Origin: Octopus sinensis | Lineage: Eukaryota | Assembly: GCF_006345805.1 (NCBI RefSeq) | Contig: NW_021829368.1 | Location: forward strand, 1 to 6,219 | DNA: 6,219 nucleotides | Reading direction: 5' to 3' | In this document: in pieces, positions 1-6,219 of the stretch | How the letters are laid out: each line of letters starts with the position of its first letter | Numbering within the stretch: the first letter of the stretch is position 1 | Notes under the pieces: generated by a model | Database searches by the model: none | The model's input: only the letters and a program-made list of their open reading frames with translations | Told to the model about the DNA's origin: nothing | Program-made: the position numbers and the translations under genes

Positions 1-36
1 ACAAACATTGTTCTATAATTTTAGAGATAAGAATTC

Positions 37-93
37 TGTACATTAAATTATTTACATTGGACGGATATGTGTTCTCATCTTGTTTGTTGTTAC
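37..93 (-). repeat. Short terminal fragment of an interspersed repeat (probable octopus SINE/retroelement tail)
   Basis: Minus strand reads gtaacaacaaacaagatgagaacacatatccgtccaatgtaaataat, which I recognise from memory as the 3' end of a common octopus repeat. Not verifiable from the window alone. Confidence 0.35.
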
Positions 94-154
94 CAGCGTA
101 ATGGTTAAGAGCGCGACTTAAAATTCAGGCTGTGCCTTGAATAAATAATAATAA

Positions 155-229
<75 letters not shown>

Positions 230-412
230 GGTATAAAAAATGGGCTACAGCAAATATTCTGCTCAATACCACAGATTTGCTTGTCAGTTGTTTGACTTTA
301 ACCAGTTGAGCATGTCCCTTACTGGCTGACGATATATGCATCTCTGACCACAAGCAGAAGTAGTGGGGGAGCATCATAACCGTGTATTGAAAGGAATTCT
401 TAGAGGTTTGGA
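94..412 (+). mobile_element. Degenerate SINE-like interspersed repeat: A-box-like head, internal (AAT)n, body truncated at ~412
   Basis: cagcgtaatggttaagagcgcg (94-115) resembles a tRNA 5' half/A-box; no B-box follows. The body (tgggctacagcaaatattctgctcaataccacag...gaagtagtgggggagcatc) is recalled as an octopus repeat. Joining head and body into one element is inference. Confidence 0.45.
143..229 (+). repeat. (AAT)n microsatellite
   Basis: Direct reading: near-pure AAT run from ~158 to 229 with a degenerate start. It explains the poly-Ile of ORF 105..377. Confidence 0.98.
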
Positions 413-417
413 TACAG

Positions 418-1002
418 CCCCCAAATCATCACAGATCCTCCTGCATGTTTAACACTTGGAAGAAGGCAGTGTGGGTCAAATACTTCTTTCGGCTGTCTCC
501 ATACGTATACTCGGCCGGTGGTGGGAAATAAAGTAAAGGATGACTCATCCGAGAAAATAACATTCTTCCACAGCTCTAGGGACCAATTCTGTAGGTTTCT
601 ACTTCACTCTAAACGCTTTGCAACGTTTGTTTTTGCAAGTAGTGGTTTTCTGATTGCAGCCCTTCTGTGAAATCCATTTTTGTGCAACTCCCGACAAACA
701 GTTTGCATGAAAATTGGGTTCTCGAGGTGGTCATTAAGCTCTGCAGTAATTTTGGAAGCTGTATTTTCGTGATCCATTCTAACAATTCGCGTAAGAGTCC
801 GACGGTCCTTATCAAAAAGCTTTGGTTTTCTTCCGGAGTTTTGTTTCGACGAGGAGGTTTTTCCCTCTTTCTCAAAGGCTGTCATTACTTTCAAGACAGT
901 ACTTCTTGATACACCAGACATTTCGGCTGTTTTCTTTACGCTAGCGCCCGCCATATGAGCACCAATAATTTGACCTCTTTGAAAGTCCGATAGATCTGTC
1001 AT
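418..1002 (-). pseudogene. Tc1-family (DD34E-type) transposase pseudogene, C-terminally truncated
   Basis: ORF 604..1002 has paired-like HTH, GRKPK (GRPR-like) and AAIRKPLL motifs. I translated through the TGA at 604-606 in the same frame: KRLE*SRNLQNWSLELWKNVIFSDESSFTLFPTTGRVYVWRQPKEVFDPHCLLPSVKHAGGSVMIWG. This contains the hallmark W-x-x-V-I-F-S-D-E-S (first catalytic Asp, 547-549) and KHxGGSVMxWG motifs. The second Asp and Glu are absent. Confidence 0.96.
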
Positions 1003-1164
1003 TTTAATGAATTTTAATTACCTTTTTCTGATGATATCTGAAAAGAAACAGCAATTTTAGCAAAACATATTAAAAGTAGCACTAACAATAAATCGAAAAA
1101 CATAAAAATAAACAAGCTTTTGACGGTTTTATAGACATTTCAAAATTATGATGCTATGATACTA

Positions 1165-1193
1165 GGTGTTTCCATTATTTTGTCCAGCTCATG
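1165..1193 (-). repeat. Terminal inverted repeat (5' TIR, outer part) of the Tc1 element
   Basis: CATGAGCTGGACAAAATAATGGAAACACC, 191 bp upstream of the transposase ATG and abutting TA. The inner boundary is unknown because the partner TIR is missing. Confidence 0.7.
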
Positions 1194-1236
1194 TATATAT
1201 ATTATATATATATATATATATAATATATATATATAA
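1194..1236. repeat. Interrupted (TA)n microsatellite between two DNA transposon ends
   Basis: Direct reading. Confidence 0.95.
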
Positions 1237-1238
1237 TC

Positions 1239-1623
1239 CAGTATACATTTAAACACATTAAGAGGATCCATCATAGGACTTCCTTATTCTAGAAGGAACG
1301 GCTAAAGTTCAAACCACTAATTATGTTTAAATTGCGCGATGGATTTGAAAAATTAAAATGTATAAGAAAGAGGCACATGCTGGATTGGCCTCGTGTTTAT
1401 ATATTTAATCTTGCCGTACCTGCTGACGAAGACTTCGCCTGCAAAATTATTTTATTTGCTAAAAAAAGGCAGAAACCATGGTCCAGGAAATAGATGGTAA
1501 GTGTTTTTATTTTTCATTCCCTTCGAGAATTTATCTCTAATTAGTGGTTTGGACTTTAGCTGTTCCTTCTAGCGTAAGGAAGTCCTATAATGGATACCTC
1601 TTAATGTGTTTAAATGTACACTG
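1239..1623. mobile_element. MITE / non-autonomous Tc1-mariner-type element, 385 bp, with ~85-bp TIRs
   Basis: 1239-1323 is the reverse complement of 1538-1623 with 6 substitutions and 1 indel by manual alignment (~92%). Termini are CAGT...ACTG, followed by TA on the right (1624-1625); the left flank is TC (TA presumably mutated). No ORF inside. Confidence 0.9.
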
Positions 1624-1726
1624 TATTTTATATTGATAATATATAGTCTATTGACTAATTTTTCTATACGCTAGGCCCCTGGTAGTAAAAAGTTTTCTAA
1701 AATCTTTATTACCCTGATATTATTAA

Positions 1727-1729
<3 letters not shown>

Positions 1730-1773
<44 letters not shown>

Positions 1774-1798
1774 CGTGTGTGTGTCTGTGTGTGTGTGT
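1730..1798 (+). repeat. (TG)n microsatellite
   Basis: Direct reading; pure for ~40 nt, then interrupted. Confidence 0.98.
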
Positions 1799-1970
1799 CT
1801 GCATAAAAAGTATAAAAAAAAGAGGGAGATAAAACTACATGAAAGACGAACAGGCAAGAAACGAAAGAGAAACAGCGAGCTTAGAAGCTGAAGGCGGAAG
1901 ACTGGAAAATATGACAAATACGCGTGTGATGACGTTTGCAAAAGTTTTGCAGAAGAATTAGAAGACCGGT

Positions 1971-1996
1971 AGGAGGAGGAGGAGGAGGAGGAGGAG
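1971..1996 (+). repeat. (AGG)n microsatellite within a purine-rich stretch
   Basis: aggaggaggaggaggaggaggaggag; explains the poly-S/P/L ORFs on the minus strand. Confidence 0.95.
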
Positions 1997-2595
1997 AAGG
2001 ACAATACGGAAGATGCAGCGGGAAGAAGAGTGAAACAAGCTGAAGGTAAGAAGATGTCGCAGAATGTATGAACAAATAGGAAGACGTGACCACAGAACAA
2101 GTAGAAAAACTAGTACATGTAGGTGGTTACGAAAGAAGAAAGATAGACAGATGGCAGCATAGGTGTTATAAGACACGTGCAAATGGCAGGTTTATTTTGA
2201 ATAACACTGAATTGATTACATATTGTTAAATTCATGAATATTTATCATGCTTCATTTCAAATCGAAAACTTTATCTGTGTGTCTTTTACGTCCTTGTTTC
2301 GTTTGTGTTTTGTTTTTCAATGCTTGCATTTTTCCATATTTTTCTAACATTTTTGTTTTTTTATTTTGGCTATTAGTGATATAAAACGAACAAATATGTA
2401 ATCGTTAACAATATCATCAATTGTGTCGAGGCAACGATGTATAGAAACACATCTTTACACCATTTTTGTGTGATCTTTTTTTCTTTTTATTTTATATTTT
2501 CATTTTGTTTTTTATTCTTTTTGTTATCTCATTCTTTCCGCTCCAAACCTACGGATGTGACAATATGAATGGTGTACTTATGAATATATGGATAA

Positions 2596-2596
<1 letters not shown>

Positions 2597-2640
<44 letters not shown>

Positions 2641-2842
2641 TGCTTGTGTTAGTAAATGAATGTGTGCGAGCTTGTGTATGTATATATGTCTGTGTACTTT
2701 GTCAGCGCATGCGTGTATGAATGTATTACATACACATGTATATAAATATATATGTCTAAATAAATGCATATATATCAAAACATCTATATTAGTACATATA
2801 TGTTGCATATATTAATACATATATAATAATACATACTTGTGT

Positions 2843-2893
<51 letters not shown>

Positions 2894-3002
2894 TATACAT
2901 ACATACATACACACACAGATAAGTGTATACATATGCATACGCATATATGTAAGTATATAGATAGACGCATCATAGACTCACACACACACACACACATACA
3001 TC

Positions 3003-3033
<31 letters not shown>

Positions 3034-3060
3034 TCATACATACAAACATAAACATGTTCG
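2597..3060. repeat. Compound microsatellite/low-complexity zone: (TG)20 at 2597-2636, (TA)21 at 2847-2888, (CA)n at ~2978-2995, further TA/CATA runs
   Basis: Direct reading. Confidence 0.95.
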
Positions 3061-3129
3061 CATGAAATTGAAGCAAAACGATTATACATAAATGCACAAA
3101 TGAATACATTAATAATAAACAGGTATGCC

Positions 3130-3198
3130 GATAGATAGAGAGAGAGAGCGAGAGCGAGAGAGAAAGAGATAAAGAATGAGAGAGAGTGTGTGAGAGAG
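3130..3198 (+). repeat. Degenerate (AG)n / (AGAT)n microsatellite
   Basis: gatagatagagagagagagcgagagcgagagag... Confidence 0.9.
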
Positions 3199-3506
3199 AT
3201 TAGGGGAAATCTATAATTCAAAAGATTCTGATGTTTGTATTGAGTCAGAAAAATTTATTCCTAGAAGAGTTTGTAAAAGCGTTCGCTCTATTGTTTTGCC
3301 ATCTACATCAAAGAGTCTAACGTTTCGGCGAAGCACCATTCTTCTCACAAGTATTAAGATATAGTTATGCTGACTTTTTTTGTAGGAATCTAGCAAATGA
3401 AGTTTTGGTTAAAGTACAGAAATGACGAGGTAAGATGTTATGATGCAGAGATATGGGAAATTAAATGAGGAGTAGTGTGAGTGGTGTGCAAAATCAATTA
3501 TGGGAG

Positions 3507-3545
3507 ACAAAGTAAAAAGGGGAACAAAGTAAAGAGGGGAACAAA
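3507..3545 (+). repeat. 17-bp tandem duplication (2.3 units)
   Basis: acaaagtaaaaagggga / acaaagtaaagagggga / acaaa; one mismatch between the full units. Confidence 0.85.
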
Positions 3546-3675
3546 TTGCCGCAAGATCGAGATCAAGGGAAATGGGAATTAGATGAAGAGGGTGCCAATT
3601 CGAGTGAAGATATTAATAAAATTGTACATTGACAAATGAAGTAAGGGACAGAAGTACATACATACACACTGTAAA

Positions 3676-3884
3676 TTAGGTTTCAAATTTTGGTACAAGA
3701 CCAGCAATTTCAGGAGAAATGGGTGCAAGTCGACTACATTGATGCCAGTATTCAATCTGTAGTTATTTTATTGACCCCAAAAGGATGGAAGATAAAGTCG
3801 ACTTCGGCAAAATTTGAACTCAGAAAGCAAAGACGGACCTAATGCTGCTAAGCATTTTCCCCGGCGTGCTAACTGTTCTGCCAA
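3676..3884 (-). mobile_element. tRNA-derived SINE, family M (Meta/MESC-like central domain), copy A, isolated
   Basis: Homologous along its length to the copies at 4722-5573 (tail ggtttcaaattttggtacaag, core ttattttattgaccccaaaaggat...aaagtcgacttcggc...tttgaactcagaa, head cggcgtgctaac). Minus-strand B-box-like GAGTTCAAAT. The first ~12 nt of the head are missing. The Meta/MESC assignment is from memory of the gcctttcatcctttcggggtcgataaaataagtacc core. Confidence 0.85.
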
Positions 3885-3965
3885 TTAAAAGTTCCGTATG
3901 CATGAGGAGGTATGAAGTGGTGTGTGTTAAACAGAGTGTAGGATAAATGTATAACGATATTTTTT

Positions 3966-4108
3966 TAATCTTTTAACTTCTATTTGTTTTGTTCATTTGG
4001 CAGCGGCCATACTTGGGCACTGCTTTGAAGAATATTAACCGAACGAATCGACCTCAGTGCGTTTTTTTTTTTAAACTTGGTACTTATTTCATCAGTCTCT
4101 TTTGCCGA
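3966..4108 (-). mobile_element. 3' fragment of CORE-like SINE (family C), diverged
   Basis: ttcatttggcagcggccatacttgggcactgctttgaag...ggtacttatttcatcagtctcttttgccga aligns with 4260-4390 and with the reverse complement of 5835-5960. Confidence 0.75.
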
Positions 4109-4248
4109 TTTCAACAGTATCGGTCAGTTGTTTCCCTTTATTTGTTATCAAGGTGTAATAATACTCAAGATATCGTGCTGTGGTATTTAAGTATGGCTTC
4201 TATCGTTTAACATCAATTTTCTTGATGATTACATCTAAGGTATCTGTA

Positions 4249-4692
4249 TTCTTTTATTCTTTTATTTGTTTCAGTCATTTTGACAGCGGCCATGGTGAAG
4301 CACCACCTTGAAGGGTTTTAGTCGAACAAATCCACCCTCGGAGTCATTTTTTATGCTTAGTATTATTCTATCACGCTCTTCGGCCGAACCGCTAAGTTAC
4401 AGGGACGTAAACGAAACAACACAGGTTGTCAAGCAGCGGTGGGTGGGAAAAATATACACACACAGATATATGTGTGTGTGTGTGTGAGTATGTGTGTGCG
4501 TGTGTGTGTGTGTGTATACATTTATACTACGGTCTTCTTTCAGTTTCCGTCCACTAAATCTACTCACGAGGTTTAGCTTGGCCCGAGCCTATAGTAGAAA
4601 AGACACTTGCTTAAAGTACCACTCAGTTGGACTGAACCCAGATACATGTGGCTAAGAAGCAATCTTCTTACCACACTGCCATGCCTTCGCCC
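4249..4692 (-). mobile_element. Full-length tRNA-derived SINE, family C (CORE-like, octopus OK/OR-type)
   Basis: Minus strand: A-box-like TGGCAGTGTGG (4681-4671), B-box-like GGTTCAGTCC (4638-4629), then gcaagtgtctt CORE-like segment, internal dinucleotide tract and (aaaagaat)-type tail. Reverse-complement homologue at 5574-5981. Family name is from recall. Confidence 0.9.
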
Positions 4693-4721
4693 ATTCATGT
4701 TTAGTTAACGACGGTTATATT

Positions 4722-4962
4722 CCTTTCTACCGAAGGTACCAGGCCTGAAATTTTAGTGAGGGGCTAGGGTTGGGATTTTAGGGTTGGGGCTAGTCGATTA
4801 CATCGATTCCAGTGCTTTACTGGTACTTATTTTATCAATCCCACAAAGGATAAAAGATACAGGCAACTTCGGCGGAATTCGAACGCAGAACCTAAAGACA
4901 GCTGAAACGCTGTTAAGCATATCTGTTCGGCGTGCTAACGATTCTGCTACCTCACCGCCTTC
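4722..4962 (-). mobile_element. Family M SINE copy B (tail type cctttctac...aggcctgaaattt; ~26-nt G-rich insertion)
   Basis: Internal homology with copies A, C, D and E; head ends ...ctcaccgcctt. Confidence 0.88.
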
Positions 4963-4979
4963 TTAATGACTGTAATATT

Positions 4980-5192
4980 CTTTTCTACTATAGGCACAAG
5001 GCCCGAAATTTTAGGGGAGGGGCTAGTCGATTAGATCGATCCCAGCACGCAACCGGTATTTAATTTATTGACTCCGAAAGGATGAAAGACAAAGTCGACC
5101 TCGGCGGAATTTGAACTCAGAACGTAAAGACAGACGAAATATCGCTAAGCATTTCACCCGGCGTGCTAACGTTTCTACCAGTTCGTCACCTT
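4980..5192 (-). mobile_element. Family M SINE copy C, full length (tail type cttttctactataggcacaaggcccgaaattt)
   Basis: Minus-strand head aaggtgacgaactggtagaaacgttagcacgccggg (A-box-like TGGTAGAAACG) and B-box-like GAGTTCAAATTCC; conserved core. Confidence 0.9.
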
Positions 5193-5208
5193 AAACGACG
5201 GTAATATT

Positions 5209-5427
5209 GGTTTCAAGTTTTGGTACAGACCCTGCAATTTCCGGCGGGAGGCGGGAATGGTAAGTCGATTAAGTCGGCACCAGTTTTCAACAGGTACTTA
5301 TTTTATCGATCTCGAAAGGATGAAAGGTCAAGTCGACTCGGCGAAATTTGAACTTATATCGTAACGACGAACAAAATGCCGTTAAGCATGTCGTCAGGCG
5401 TGCAACTGATTCTGCCAGTCGCGATTT
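5209..5427 (-). mobile_element. Family M SINE copy D (tail type ggtttcaagttttggtacag, same type as copy A)
   Basis: Internal homology; the tail matches copy A rather than neighbours B/C. Confidence 0.88.
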
Positions 5428-5445
5428 ATTAACGGTTGTAATGTT

Positions 5446-5573
5446 GTTTGGCACATAGCCCAGTGGCTAAAGCGTCCGGCTTTAGGGTTGAGGCTGGTCG
5501 ATTACATCGACTCCAGTGCTTTACTTGTATCCATTTTATCGACCCCAAAAAGGATAAAAGACAAAGGCAACTT
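5446..5573 (-). mobile_element. Family M SINE copy E, head missing, atypical tail
   Basis: 5481-5573 aligns without gaps to 4777-4869 (12 mismatches in 93). It stops abruptly at the family C junction. Confidence 0.8.
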
Positions 5574-5981
5574 GTGGTAAGTAGCTTGTTTACCAACCAC
5601 ATAGTTCCGGGTTCAGTCCCACTGCGTGGCACCTTGGGCAAGTGTCTTCTACTATAGCCTCGGACCGACCAAAGCCTTGTGAGTGGATTTGGTAGACGGA
5701 AACTGAAAGAAGCCCGTCGTATATATGTATATATATATATGTATGCGTGTGTGTGTTTGTGTGCCTGTGTTTGTCCCCCTAGCATTGCTTGACAACCGAT
5801 GCTGGTGTGTTTATGTCCCCGTTACTTAGCGGTTCGGCAAAAGAGATCGATAGAATAAGTACTGGGCTTACAAAAGAATAAGTCCCGGGGTCGAGTTTCC
5901 CGATTAAAGGCGGTGCTCCAGCATGGCCGCAGTCAAAAAAAAATGACTGAAACAAGTAAAAGAGTAAAATAGTAAAGAGTA
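5574..5981 (+). mobile_element. Family C (CORE-like) SINE, lacking the first ~20 nt
   Basis: B-box-like GGTTCAGTCC at 5610-5619, ggcaccttgggcaagtgtctt CORE-like segment, internal TA/TG tract and tandem tail gtaaaagagtaaaatagtaaagagta. Inverted homologue of 4249-4692. Confidence 0.92.
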
Positions 5982-6182
5982 TATGGAAACATGGTTATAC
6001 ACATGAAACATATGTATATTGTATGTGTTCGCATTTCGTGTATCAGAATTAAAGGAAACGAGGACATGTCTGAGTTAAATGTACCAAAAACCGATGAGAT
6101 TTCGTAGATATCGATCCCAGTTCAATCAAATATTATTTGTGTATTTTCATGCATGTATGTGCCTGTCACTCACGTCTGTATT

Positions 6183-6184
<2 letters not shown>

Positions 6185-6218
<34 letters not shown>
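6185..6218 (+). repeat. (TG)n microsatellite
   Basis: Direct reading. Confidence 0.97.

Positions 6219-6219
<1 letters not shown>

Larger units (their letters stand above)
413..1193 (-). mobile_element. Tc1/mariner DNA transposon, 5' portion only (one TIR, 5' UTR, N-terminal ~195 codons)
   Basis: Transposase relic at 418-1002. The terminus on the minus strand reads TA|CATGAGCTGGACAAAATAATGGAAACACC (1193 to 1165), a Tc1-style TIR start flanked by TA at 1194-1195. No second TIR in the window. Confidence 0.9.
4705..5445 (+). repeat. Four dispersed copies of a 17-nt junction motif (consensus TTAACGACGGTAATATT) at 4705, 4963, 5192 and 5429
   Basis: ttaacgacggttatatt, ttaatgactgtaatatt, taaacgacggtaatatt, ttaacggttgtaatgtt: 1, 2, 1 and 4 mismatches to consensus. 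Each lies exactly at a SINE tail boundary. Confidence 0.8.

Noticed and set aside
105-377. ORF 105..377 (-) with poly-Ile
   Set aside because: Translation of the (AAT)n tract and repeat sequence; no protein features.
609-909. ORFs 609..875 (-) and 667..909 (+) overlapping the transposase
   Set aside because: Alternative-frame and antisense shadows of the Tc1 ORF with no recognisable motifs.
1028-1050. ctgatga...gaaac, hammerhead-like boxes
   Set aside because: The intervening tatctgaaaa cannot form stem II; it lies antisense in the Tc1 5' UTR.
1800-2190. Purine-rich stretch resembling an acidic coding exon (ttttgcAG at 1952, GAAG|GTAAG at 2045; 40-codon ORF from 1839)
   Set aside because: All three frames of the putative 93-nt exon contain stops and the polypyrimidine tract is weak. 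The minus-strand ORFs are poly-S/P/L artefacts. A non-coding exon cannot be excluded without RNA-seq.
2466-3221. ORFs at 2466, 2578, 2837 and 2970
   Set aside because: Dinucleotide-repeat translations (CV, TH, YI, SL runs).
4705-5445. CRISPR array interpretation of the 17-nt junction repeats
   Set aside because: Repeats are too short and degenerate, spacers are ~210-240 bp mutually homologous SINEs, there are no cas genes and the context is eukaryotic.
4776-5490. TTAGGG telomere-like hexamers at ~4778 and ~5482
   Set aside because: Single copies within the shared B/E block; no tandem telomeric array.
5456-5619. Perfect A-box TAGCCCAGTGG (5456-5466) possibly pairing with the B-box at 5610-5619 as a chimeric Pol III promoter
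   Set aside because: The ~143-nt spacing is well beyond the usual range, and the A-box segment can also be read as a diverged family M tail on the other strand.
3211-5785. Short ORFs at 3211, 3989, 4784, 5429 and 5448
   Set aside because: They lie in SINE or repeat-like sequence, have non-ATG or weak starts and show no domain motifs. Such SINE translations commonly appear as spurious predicted proteins.
4249-5981. Genuine tRNA genes at the A/B-box motifs
   Set aside because: No cloverleaf or acceptor stem; the boxes run straight into SINE bodies.

Overview
AT-rich eukaryotic non-coding DNA made almost entirely of transposon relics and microsatellites; no host gene exon is supported. The repeat families resemble Octopus/cephalopod SINEs I recall (organism is an inference, not a database result). 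Left to right: small SINE-like fragments with an (AAT)n tract; a truncated Tc1/mariner transposon on the minus strand (195 codons readable, one in-frame stop, one TIR); a 385-bp MITE with ~85-bp TIRs; long TG/TA/CA/AG microsatellites; and a dense SINE cluster at 3676-5981. The most unusual structure is 4705-5573: four same-orientation tRNA-derived SINE copies with different tails, each preceded by a variant of one 17-nt motif (consensus TTAACGACGGTAATATT). This could be repeated insertion into one regenerating target site. The array lies between two inverted copies of a second (CORE-like) SINE family.
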